Below are positions 1-8,417 of a stretch of DNA of 64,000 nucleotides, piece by piece; positions within the stretch are counted from its first letter, which is position 1; each line of letters opens with the position of its first letter. This stretch comes from Alphaproteobacteria bacterium (GTDB lineage: Bacteria > Pseudomonadota > Alphaproteobacteria > JAPOUT01 > G958296285): contig CBDBFH010000023.1 in assembly GCA_965204775.1 (NCBI GenBank), forward strand, positions 2,007 through 66,006, given 5' to 3'. The position numbers and the translations under genes are program-made. Under the pieces are notes generated by a model. The model saw nothing but the letters and a program-made list of their open reading frames with translations, searched no databases and was not told the origin of the DNA.

Positions 1-1601
1 ATCTGGATTTTGCGGCTTTTATCCGGCACCGGGCGTCCTTCGAGATGTGCCCGGACGGGGTTGATGTGCGCGATTTGCCGGAAGCGTGCCTGGAATCGGC
101 GGCCACGCCCAGCGAGCTGTTTTCCAAGCTTCGGCAATGGGGATATGAGACGATGGTGATTCCGCACGGGACGAGTTGGGGGTTTACACGCCTGCCGGTT
201 CGACGCTGGAAAAGCAGTTGGTGGATCACGACGATCCCGGCCTGCAATTTCTGCTGGAGGTGTTTTCGGGCCACGGCAACGCCGAGCAATATCGTGACTG
301 GCGGGCGGTTCGTTTTGGTCCGGACGGCGAGGCCTATTGCCCGGAGCCGCAAAGCAACTATCTGCCGGCCTGCTGGCGGGCGGGGGAGATCATTGCCCAG
401 CGGTGCCGGGACGAGGGTGGCGGCGCGGAGGAATGCGCGTCGCGGGCGGAGCGGGCGCGGTCGTATTATCTGGCTTTGGGGATTTCGGGCTTTCTGACGG
501 TTCCGGGGGCGCGGGCGGAAGACTGGCTGGATGCGGGCCAATGCCAGGACTGCTATTTGCCGGCTTATCATTATCGTCCCGGGGGCTCGGCGCAGTATGC
601 GCTGGCGCTTTCGCATTTTGGCGCGCCTGGGACGCCGCCGCGGCGGTTTCGCTTTGGCCTGATGGCGGCGAGTGACAATCACACGGCGCGTCCGGGGACG
701 GGCTACAAGGAGTTTGCGCGTCACAACATGACGGAGGTTTCCGGCGCGGCGGCGCCGGGGATCGGGGGCCAGGCGTTTGATATCAATGTGGCCCGCCGGG
801 AGGTGAGTGCGGCGCCGCTCGCGCCCGGCGCGGCGCTGGAGGGGATCAGCGCGCTGCGCGCCCTGGAGGTCGAGCGCCTGGGTTCGTTTTTCGTGACCGG
901 GGGTCTGACGGCGGTTCATGCGCCGAGCCGGAGCCGGGAGGCGATCTGGGGGGCGATGAAGCGGCGCGAGGTCTATGGCACGTCGGGCGACCGGATTTTG
1001 CTCTGGTTTGATCTGGAGAACGGCCCGGAGGGCAAGGCGGTGATGGGTTCGCAGGTTGCGATGCGGTCCGCCCCCGCGCTTCACGGTGCGCGCGGCGGGG
1101 GCGTTTGAGCAGAAGCCGGGCTGCTCCGATTACTCCAAGGAGGCTTTGGGGCCGGAGCGTCTGGCCAAATTGTGCCTGGGGGAATGTTACAATCCGTCGG
1201 ACCGGCGCAAGAAGATCACGCATATTGACGTGATTCGGATTCGCCCGCAGATTCGGGAGGGCGAGCCGGTTGGGGAGTTGATCGAGGATCCCTGGAAGCG
1301 CCTGCCCTGCGCGGACGAGGGCGCGGGCTGCGTGGTCAGTTTTTCCGACCCTGAGTTCCGCCGCGACCGGCGCGACACGGTCTATTATGTGCGCGCGGCC
1401 CAGGAGCCGGGCGATGTGGTCAATGCCGGCCAGTTGCGCTGCGAGTATAACGAGCGGGGGGTCTGCATGAAGATCACGCCGTGTTACAGCGACTACCGGA
1501 CGCCGATGACGGATGATTGTCTTGCCTCGGCTCCGGAATATGCGTGGTCGTCGCCGATTTTTGTCGATTATGGGCGTCCGGCGCGGCAGGTGGGACGCTA
1601 G
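1..1601 (+). pseudogene. DUF3604-family protein gene, 5'-truncated by the window edge and interrupted by two frameshifts
   Basis: Track ORFs 45..497, 176..1108 and 1056..1601 read as one DUF3604-like protein. IPHGTSWG|VYTPAGSTLEKQL changes frame in the G5 run at 178-182. GSQVAM|PRFTVRAAGAFEQKPGC...CLGECYNP changes back near the C5 run at 1071-1075. Confidence 0.7.
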
Positions 1602-1628
1602 TGGGGGTTTTGCCTGCGCGGGTTCAGC

Positions 1629-1703
1629 GCGGGTGTAGCTCAGTGGTAGAGCACGAGCTTCCCAAGCTCGGTGTCGAGGGTTCGATTCCCTTCACCCGCT
1701 CCA
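1629..1703 (+). tRNA. tRNA-Gly (anticodon CCC), CCA encoded
   Basis: Hand-folded cloverleaf: acceptor GCGGGTG/CACCCGC, D arm GCTC-AGTGGTA-GAGC, anticodon arm CGAGC-TTCCCAA-GCTCG, T arm GAGGG-TTCGATT-CCCTT, then TCCA. Confidence 0.93.
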
Positions 1704-1747
1704 TTGGCCGTTCGTGCAGAGGAGATTGTTTCTAAAAGGAGATAAAA

Positions 1748-2626
1748 ATGGAAGTTAAGACCCTAACAAACAAGAACATTGCGTTTCTTGTAGAGCACGG
1801 GAAGCAGGATCGCCTGTGTTTTAATGATGAATATCAAAGGGCCGCTATTTGGAAATTAGATCAAAAACAAATGTTTGTCGACTCTATTCTTCGCGGCTAT
1901 TCCATTCCTGCCTTCTATTTTCATTTGAAGGGGTACGATAAACCTGTCAAGGGAGAGGCGCTTTTTCCAAAATATGATGTGATAGATGGGCAGCAAAGAA
2001 TCCGCGCTGTTCAGGAATTTTACAATGACGAATTTAAATTGCTTGATCCAAACAAGGATAGCTTCAGATTTCCCAATTTCGCCAAAGGCAAAAAGTGTCA
2101 TTGGGCAGAAAAGACTTTTTCTCAATTAGAGCCACAATACAAAAGGCAGCTCAAAAACCAGAAAATTATTATATTCGAACTTAGAACGGAAAAAGATAAC
2201 GAAATTAGAGACCTCTTTATACGCCTGCAGGGTGGCACGCCTTTAACTCCACAGGATAAAAGAGATGCTTGGCCGGGCAATTTTACGAAATATATCATAA
2301 CAATTGCTGGAAAGAGCGCTCTCAATAAAAATGAAGGGAGAGGGAAGCCGGGGTGGCCATTTTTCCGGGAAGTTGTTTCTGGAAAAGAAAGCAATAAAAG
2401 GCAATTGGCTGCTCAGATCGCCATGCTCTATTTTCACAGGCTAGAGAGCGGTCAAAAAGATTTTTGCTCAATCGGCTCTGCGAGGATAGACAGTTTTTAT
2501 CATCAGCAAATTGCATTTGATGACGCCAGCGAGGCAGCAGATTCCTTAAGAAAAATTCTGGAAACATTGACAGGAATTTTGGAAAAGGGACAAAGAAGAT
2601 TCAAAGGTACCACGCCATTCATCTAA
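1748..2626 (+). CDS. DUF262 (ParB-like nuclease/NTPase superfamily, GmrSD-type N-terminal module) protein
   Basis: Motifs EYQRAAIWKLDQKQMFVDSILRGYSIP, VIDGQQRI and FIRLQGGTPLTPQDKRDAW. AAGGAG Shine-Dalgarno sequence upstream of the ATG. About 40% G+C in a 65-70% genome. Confidence 0.8.
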   Translation: MEVKTLTNKNIAFLVEHGKQDRLCFNDEYQRAAIWKLDQKQMFVDSILRGYSIPAFYFHLKGYDKPVKGEALFPKYDVIDGQQRIRAVQEFYNDEFKLLDPNKDSFRFPNFAKGKKCHWAEKTFSQLEPQYKRQLKNQKIIIFELRTEKDNEIRDLFIRLQGGTPLTPQDKRDAWPGNFTKYIITIAGKSALNKNEGRGKPGWPFFREVVSGKESNKRQLAAQIAMLYFHRLESGQKDFCSIGSARIDSFYHQQIAFDDASEAADSLRKILETLTGILEKGQRRFKGTTPFI

Positions 2627-2658
2627 CCCTTCTTGTAGATTCGCTTGCAAAGGGATAT

Positions 2659-3456
2659 ATGTCCGGCTGGCAAGACCACCTTCTGGATGCTTTTATAGAA
2701 TTTAATGTACGGTGCCGGAAGGCGGATAAAGCACACAAAGAAAATCGGGAAAGCGAATATAGGGATTATTATTGGAAGTTTCAGACACTCACACGCTCAA
2801 GCAGTGATGAAGGGATAACAATCCAACGGCGGCATGAATTTTTTCTTGACGAAATGCTTAAGCTGCTTTCCCCTCATTTGACAAAGAAAGACCCAAAAAG
2901 AAATTTTGGTATAATAGACTGTGAAATTATTTACTCACGCGATGACAAACTGTGCCAATGGTGCAAAATGCAAGGCAAGCGCCATACGGTTCTTTGGTAT
3001 GAGAAAGAAATCCACCATATAAACCCGCATAGGATGGGGGGCAAAACAGAGATAGACAATGGCGCTTTAATGCATCGAGTTTGTCATCCCAAGGCCTCGC
3101 TGGCTGAAGAGCAATTTAGAGAATGGTGGGAGAATCCAAGAGTAAGACTGCATGGCGAAGCAGAAGACAGCAGTGATTACACCCGGACAAGAAAACCAAT
3201 AAGAGGAAGAGATATAAAGGATTTACCTGATGGGATAAAATGCTCCTTTATCTATAATGACAGGAAATTTCTGGGAAAGATTACTGAAGGCAGAGTCCGC
3301 CTTGAGGGCGTTCCTGGCGAATTTACAAGCTTCTCTGCTGCCTCCAAGGCTGTCACTGGCACTAGCCGAAATGGCTGGCAAGACTGGCAATTATATTTTC
3401 CCGAAGAAGGGAAATGGACATTGGCAGACGATTGGAGAAGAAGTTTCAGCCTGTAA
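2659..3456 (+). CDS. HNH endonuclease with a C-terminal RAMA/DUF4357-like module (possibly the C-terminal half of one DUF262-HNH protein)
   Basis: HNH signature CQWCKMQG...EIHHINPHRMGGKTEIDNGALMHRVCH. C-terminal FTSFSAASKAVTGTSRNGWQDWQL resembles the SxSxAA...NGW..W pattern of DUF4357/RAMA. This frame is open upstream back to 2524. Confidence 0.75.
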   Translation: MSGWQDHLLDAFIEFNVRCRKADKAHKENRESEYRDYYWKFQTLTRSSSDEGITIQRRHEFFLDEMLKLLSPHLTKKDPKRNFGIIDCEIIYSRDDKLCQWCKMQGKRHTVLWYEKEIHHINPHRMGGKTEIDNGALMHRVCHPKASLAEEQFREWWENPRVRLHGEAEDSSDYTRTRKPIRGRDIKDLPDGIKCSFIYNDRKFLGKITEGRVRLEGVPGEFTSFSAASKAVTGTSRNGWQDWQLYFPEEGKWTLADDWRRSFSL

Positions 3457-3609
3457 TCCATAGGTTTCCCACCAGGCTTTTCTATAAAGATTCACCAAAA
3501 GCCGCCACCGGCTGCGGATAGCCAAAGGCGGCGCACAATGCGGCTTTCCCTTTTCCTGATGGGAGAAGATCGAAATAGACGGTTTCTACCTTCCACTCGC
3601 ACCATGTGC

Positions 3610-3679
3610 GGCGTCCGGCGCGGCAGGTGGAACGCTAGCGGGGGTTTTGCCTGCGCGGGTGTAGCTCATCACCCGCTCC
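3610..3679 (+). repeat. Degenerate direct duplicate of the tRNA-Gly locus (upstream flank plus internally deleted tRNA)
   Basis: 3610-3660 matches 1573-1623 (51 bp, 2 mismatches). 3661-3668 equals tRNA nt 1635-1642. 3669-3679 equals tRNA 3' end 1692-1702. Relative to the first copy, 11 bp and 49 bp are missing. Confidence 0.9.
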
Positions 3680-4618
3680 GGCGGCTTTGTGTTCGGCGGC
3701 TTCGATGAGTCTGCGGGCCAGCATGAAATCCATCCGGCGGCGGTAGCGCCCGTCCTTGCGCAGGCCCTTGAAGGGGGTCAGAAAGACATCCTGCGTGTTG
3801 CGCCGGAAGTTTCCGACCGCCCGGTTCAGCCGCCGGATCAAGGCGGGAAGATCGCCAAAGTTCCCGTCAATTCTTGTGATGAATCTCGATGAAACTTTGA
3901 TGGCGTAACCGGAGATTTCCTTCGCGTCACAAAAGCGGATCGAGGGTGCGCTGGTGCCGTCGAAGGAAATGAAGCCAAGTTTCCCCTCCGGCGCATTGAA
4001 GCGAATATCCTTTCTGCCTTTCGGCTGGGGCAAATGCTTCTCCAGCGCGGGCAAATCGCCGATATGGCGGCGGTCATAATGGATTTGCGTTTTATGCCCT
4101 GTTTGGCCGAAGAGGGCGAGGCAGACCGGATTTTCGGTGTCGGCGAACATTACGTCATGGAGCAGAACATAAGATTGCAGACGGGAGCGGAAGAGGCCGC
4201 TTTGCAAGAAGGTGGCCGGGATGATCGCGGCGACATGGCGGCAATTCAGCAGGCAAAGTTCAAGGCAGTGCTTGTAAAGATCATCAAACCGGCTGGACGG
4301 GAAGGCAAGCCCGCGCCTTGTCGCCGAGTTGCGGGCAAGCCAGGGCGGGTTGGTCACGCAGACCTCGAAGCCTTTGGGAAAATCGCGGATCGTGTCTCTT
4401 TCCCTGACCTCCCCTGCCCCCGGCCTGATGTCATAAGAGACGAAATCGCGGCAGAGATTGAGCCTCTGCAACATATAGATCAGATTATTGCTTCCGGCAT
4501 ATGGCTCCAGAATTGTCGCCTTCGGCAGGCCGATCTGCGCCGCCCATTGCCGGAAAGCGGGCAGGGAAAACGGGCTGTTCAAAGTGTAATAGCGGCCGTT
4601 TTGCCTTTTGCAACTCAC
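3635..4618 (-). CDS. N6-adenine DNA methyltransferase (gamma-class motif order)
   Basis: GRYYT near the N-terminus, motif I-like ILEPYAGSNNL, catalytic motif IV VTNPPW. Intermediate G+C (about 45-57% in spot counts). The last 14 codons and the stop lie inside repeat 3610-3679. Confidence 0.75.
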   Translation of the reverse strand: MSCKRQNGRYYTLNSPFSLPAFRQWAAQIGLPKATILEPYAGSNNLIYMLQRLNLCRDFVSYDIRPGAGEVRERDTIRDFPKGFEVCVTNPPWLARNSATRRGLAFPSSRFDDLYKHCLELCLLNCRHVAAIIPATFLQSGLFRSRLQSYVLLHDVMFADTENPVCLALFGQTGHKTQIHYDRRHIGDLPALEKHLPQPKGRKDIRFNAPEGKLGFISFDGTSAPSIRFCDAKEISGYAIKVSSRFITRIDGNFGDLPALIRRLNRAVGNFRRNTQDVFLTPFKGLRKDGRYRRRMDFMLARRLIEAAEHKAAGAGDELHPRRQNPR

Positions 4619-4688
4619 GGAATTTCCCCCGGTCTGCGCAGCGAATCATCCGAGCGCTTTTTTATTTTCTAGCCGGTTCGGGTGTTTT

Positions 4689-5219
4689 TCACCACATCCG
4701 GCTTCCCGGCGCGCCTTTGAAAGGGCCGGTGACCGAAGAGGTAATCCAGCCGCTATAGAAGTTGCCGGGCTGGGGGCGCGCTCTTTCGCCGCCGACGAAG
4801 CAGGCGACGAGTCCCGGATAGAAGGAAATATATCCGGCGATTTGGGCGAAGGCGGCAAGCGGCTCAGGATAAGCGAAGGCGGCATCGGCGGCATGATCCG
4901 CCTTGCCGTCCGCCGGGTCGAGGACGTCGAAATAGGCGGCCTCGCCCTTCCACTCGCAAAAGGTCCGGCGCGCCGACGGGCGCAGGGCGGCGGAGTCGAC
5001 GTCTTCGGGCGGCAGGTAATAGGCCGGCGCAAGGCTGGTCTCAAGGATGCGAAAGGCCCGCGCGCTTTGCCCGACGAGCCGGCCCCCGAATTCGACGCGC
5101 ACCTCCTGGCGGACCTGCTCAAGGCGGGGGGGCCGGGGATAGTCCCAGACGCTTTCCTGCCCCGGCCCGGCGGGGGCGGGGCGGGGCCACAGGTCGGGGC
5201 GTTTCGGGGTGGGAGTCAT
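4689..5219 (-). CDS. DUF427 domain protein
   Basis: ESVWDYPRPPRLE...YYLPPEDV...CEWKGEAAYFDV pattern typical of DUF427. ATGA start/stop overlap with the upstream aldehyde dehydrogenase gene. Confidence 0.75.
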   Translation of the reverse strand: MTPTPKRPDLWPRPAPAGPGQESVWDYPRPPRLEQVRQEVRVEFGGRLVGQSARAFRILETSLAPAYYLPPEDVDSAALRPSARRTFCEWKGEAAYFDVLDPADGKADHAADAAFAYPEPLAAFAQIAGYISFYPGLVACFVGGERARPQPGNFYSGWITSSVTGPFKGAPGSRMW

Positions 5220-6664
5220 GCTTCGGGGGTGCGGATGACCATCATCCGGATTTCGGTCATATCGTCGATGGCGAAGCGCACGCCCTCGCGGCCCAGCCCG
5301 GACTCCTTGACGCCGCCATAGGGCATATTGTCGACCCGGAAGGAGGGGACGTCGCCGATCACCACCCCGCCGACTTCGAGTTGATCCCAGGCGCGATAGG
5401 CTTTGTAAATGTCGCGGGTGAAGAGTCCGGCCTGGAGGCCGAAATCGCTATCGTTGATCTGGGCCAGCGCCTGATCGAAATCAGAGAAGCGCGAGAGGAT
5501 GGCGAGCGGGCCGAAGGCTTCCTTGCGCACAGCGCTGCAATCGGGGGGGGCGTTTTCGATCACCGCCGGCGCCAGCATGGCGCCCTGGCGCGCGCCGCCG
5601 CACAGAAGTTTTGCGCCGCCGGCGCGGGCCTCTTCGATCCATCGCTCCAGCCTTTCCGCCTCGGCCTCGGAGATCATCGGCCCGATAAAGGTCTCTTCGT
5701 CTTTGGGGTCGCCCGCCTTGAGGGCGGCGGCGGCTTTGACGAAGCGTTTGCGGAATTCCTCATAGAGGCTCTCATGGACGAGAATGCGCTGGACGCCGAT
5801 GCAGCTTTGCCCCGACTGATAGAACGCGCCGAAGATGATTCGCTGAACGGCGTCGTTGAGATCGGCATCCGCGTCGACGAGGCAGGCGGCGTTGCCGCCC
5901 AGTTCCAGGACGACTTTTTTGCGGCCTGCGCGCGCCTTCAGCTGCCAGCCGACCGCGGGCGAGCCGGTGAAACTGAGCAGTTTGAGGCGGTCGTCCTCGG
6001 TAAACAGGCGCGCGCCCTGGCGGGTGCAGGGCAGGATGGAAAAGGCCCCTTCCGGCAGATCGGTTTCGGCGAGGATTTCGCCGATGATCAGCGCGCCCAG
6101 CGGGGTGAGGCTGGCGGGCTTGAGGACGAAGGGGCAGCCGCAGGCGATGGCCGGGGCGACCTTGTGGGCGGTCAGATTGAGGGGGAAGTTGAAGGGCGAG
6201 ATGAAGGAGCAGGGTCCGATGGGGACGCGCTTCCATTGACCGCGCCGTCCGCGGGCGCGGGGCGAGATTTCGAGCGGCATGACTTCGCCATAGATTCGCT
6301 CGGCCTCGGCGGCGGCGGTGCGGAAGGTGTCGATCAGGCGCTCGACCTCGCCGCGGGCGTCGCGGATCGGCTTTCCGGCTTCGATGCACAGGGCCAGGGC
6401 GAGTTCGTCGAAGCGCGCCTCGAAGCGGCGCACGCAGTGTTCGAGAGCTTCGCGGCGCTCGAAGGCGGCGAGTTCGGCCATGGGGCGGGCGGCGGCGGCG
6501 GCGGCGGCGATGGCGCGGTCGATGGCCGCCTCATCGGCCAGCGCAACGCGGGCGGCTTCCTTGCCGGAATATTTGTCGCGCACGACGAGATCGCGGTTCG
6601 GGCTTTCCGGCCGGTTGGCGAGGTAATAGGGATAGACGGATTTGAGTCCGGCGGCGGCGGTCAT
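5216..6664 (-). CDS. NAD(P)-dependent aldehyde dehydrogenase
   Basis: 482 aa. ALDH motifs VLELGGNA and GQSCIGVQR (catalytic Cys), plus FTGSPAVG. Confidence 0.88.
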   Translation of the reverse strand: MTAAAGLKSVYPYYLANRPESPNRDLVVRDKYSGKEAARVALADEAAIDRAIAAAAAAARPMAELAAFERREALEHCVRRFEARFDELALALCIEAGKPIRDARGEVERLIDTFRTAAAEAERIYGEVMPLEISPRARGRRGQWKRVPIGPCSFISPFNFPLNLTAHKVAPAIACGCPFVLKPASLTPLGALIIGEILAETDLPEGAFSILPCTRQGARLFTEDDRLKLLSFTGSPAVGWQLKARAGRKKVVLELGGNAACLVDADADLNDAVQRIIFGAFYQSGQSCIGVQRILVHESLYEEFRKRFVKAAAALKAGDPKDEETFIGPMISEAEAERLERWIEEARAGGAKLLCGGARQGAMLAPAVIENAPPDCSAVRKEAFGPLAILSRFSDFDQALAQINDSDFGLQAGLFTRDIYKAYRAWDQLEVGGVVIGDVPSFRVDNMPYGGVKESGLGREGVRFAIDDMTEIRMMVIRTPEA

Positions 6665-6683
6665 AAGGTCCCCCTGGCATCGC

Positions 6684-8336
6684 CTAGATTTGCATGTTGA
6701 TTTCGCCCAGCCGCCGGGTGAGCCGCATATTCTCGCGGTAATCGACCGGGACGACGATCAGGGACGGGCCTTTGTGGGCGAGCGCCTTTTTGAGCGCGGG
6801 GGCCAGATCGCGCGCGCGGGTGACGCGCCGGCCCTGCCAGCCGAAGGCTTTGGCCAGCTGGAGCCAGTCGGGATTGGAGAAGGCGAGATCGGTGTGGCGT
6901 CCGAACTGGTTTTGCTGCTTCCAGGCGATCAGGCCGTATCCGCCGTCCTCCCAGACCATCAAGTTTATGTTGGCGTTGAGGCGGCGGGCGGTTTCCATTT
7001 CCTGGACGTTCATGAGGAAGTCGCCGTCGCCGGCGATTCCAAGAATCTTGCGGTCGGGGAAGACCATATGGGCGGCGATTGCGCCGGGCAGGGGCAGGCC
7101 CATCGAGCAAAAGCCGTTGGGGATCAGGCAGGTATTGGGTTCATGGCAGTGATAGTAGCGGGCGATCCACATTTTATGCGCCCCGACGCCGGACAGGAGA
7201 ATATCGTCCGGCCCCAGCGCCCGGCGCACGTCCCAGAGGATTTTCTGTGGCCGAATCGTGCCGTCGGTGTCGTCGTCCTTGTGGGCTTCGAAATCCTTGA
7301 TCATGTCGCCGCGCAGGCGGGCCTGCAGATCGAGGTCATAATCGGGTGCGCCGTCGGCCTCGAGGCGCTCGTTGAGCATCCACAGGGCGTGGGCGATGTC
7401 GCCGACCACCTCGACCGCCGGATGGTAGCAGGCGTCGATTTCGGCGGGCAGGAAGTCGATATGGATGGTGGGCTTGTCGGCGCCGGGGTTCCATAATTTG
7501 GGGTGATATTCGACGAGGTCATAGCCCAGGGTGATGACGAGGTCGGCGTCGTCGATGGCGCGCGCGACGATGTCTTTTTGTCCGAGGCCGATGGTGAAGA
7601 GGCTGTAGGGGGCGTCCTTGTCGACCGCGCCCTTGCCCATGAAGGTGGACATGACGCCGATTCCGGTTTTTTCGCACAGGATGCGCAGCTGCTTGCTGGC
7701 GCGCTTGCGGATGGTTCCGTTGCCGGCGATGATCACGGGCTTTTTGGCGCTGCGGAGTTTGTCATAGGCGCGGTTGAGAATTTTTTCATCGGGGACGGGG
7801 CGGCGGAAGCGGCGGACGGGGATGGGGGCGGTGGCGGCGTCGGCCTTGGCGATGTCTTCGGGCAATTCGATCAGGGCGGCGCCGGGTTTTTCGACGCGGG
7901 CCAGGCGCACCGCCTTGCGGGTGATTTCGGGGATGGTGTCGGGGTTGATGACGGTGGTCGCCCATTTGGTGACCGGCTCGAACATGTCGACCACGTCCAT
8001 GATCTGGTGGCTTTCCTTGTGCTGGCGCGAGGTTGCGCCCTGTCCGGTGAGGACGAGGATGGGGGCGCGGTCCATATTGGCGTTGGCGACGCCGGTGATC
8101 AGATTGGCGGCGCCGGGGCCCAGGGTACCCAGGCAGGCGGCGGGGGTTCCGGTGAGGCGGCCATAGACTTCGGCCATGAAGGCGGCGCCCTGTTCGTGGC
8201 GGGTGAGGATGAAGCGGATGGTTTTGGATTTTTCCAGCGACATCATGAAGTCGGCGTTTTCCTCTCCGGGGACGCCGAAGACGAGCGTGACGCCCTCTTC
8301 TTCGAGGCAGCGGACAAACAGGTCGGAGGCTTTCAT
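6684..8336 (-). CDS. Thiamine-diphosphate enzyme of the acetolactate synthase family (catabolic AlsS-like)
   Basis: N-terminus MKASDLFVRCLEEEGVTLVFGVPGEEN...RHEQGAAFMAEVYGRLTG and ThDP motif GDGDFLMNVQE. Start set at the internal Met (cat at 8334-8336). Confidence 0.82.
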   Translation of the reverse strand: MKASDLFVRCLEEEGVTLVFGVPGEENADFMMSLEKSKTIRFILTRHEQGAAFMAEVYGRLTGTPAACLGTLGPGAANLITGVANANMDRAPILVLTGQGATSRQHKESHQIMDVVDMFEPVTKWATTVINPDTIPEITRKAVRLARVEKPGAALIELPEDIAKADAATAPIPVRRFRRPVPDEKILNRAYDKLRSAKKPVIIAGNGTIRKRASKQLRILCEKTGIGVMSTFMGKGAVDKDAPYSLFTIGLGQKDIVARAIDDADLVITLGYDLVEYHPKLWNPGADKPTIHIDFLPAEIDACYHPAVEVVGDIAHALWMLNERLEADGAPDYDLDLQARLRGDMIKDFEAHKDDDTDGTIRPQKILWDVRRALGPDDILLSGVGAHKMWIARYYHCHEPNTCLIPNGFCSMGLPLPGAIAAHMVFPDRKILGIAGDGDFLMNVQEMETARRLNANINLMVWEDGGYGLIAWKQQNQFGRHTDLAFSNPDWLQLAKAFGWQGRRVTRARDLAPALKKALAHKGPSLIVVPVDYRENMRLTRRLGEINMQI

Positions 8337-8417
8337 GGCGCGGGTTCCTTTGCGGGCGCAGAGCGGGGCGATCATACATGACGGGCGGGGGGGCGCAAAG
8401 GCCCTGCCCGGCGGGCT

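Noticed and set aside
4672-4700. Weak resemblance of ggttcgggtgtttttcaccacatcc to the tRNA-Gly 3' end (ggttcgattcccttcacccgctcc), as a possible distal att remnant bounding the methyltransferase.
   Set aside because: Only about 16-17 of 27 positions match, with an indel. Half of the segment is the 3' coding end of the DUF427 gene. This is compatible with chance.
5381-6700. Long Gly/Arg/Ala/Pro-rich ORFs lie opposite real genes. This one is antisense to the aldehyde dehydrogenase gene. Others are 7786..9069, 8448..10058, 13621..15165, 19082..21118, 40815..42653, 44044..45741, 45908..47380, 48559..50253, 55807..57048, 57734..59485, 59487..60593 and 60424..62073.
   Set aside because: Each lies antisense to a gene with clear family motifs. 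Their composition is the low-complexity pattern expected from the scarcity of stop codons in a high-GC genome. None shows a recognisable motif.
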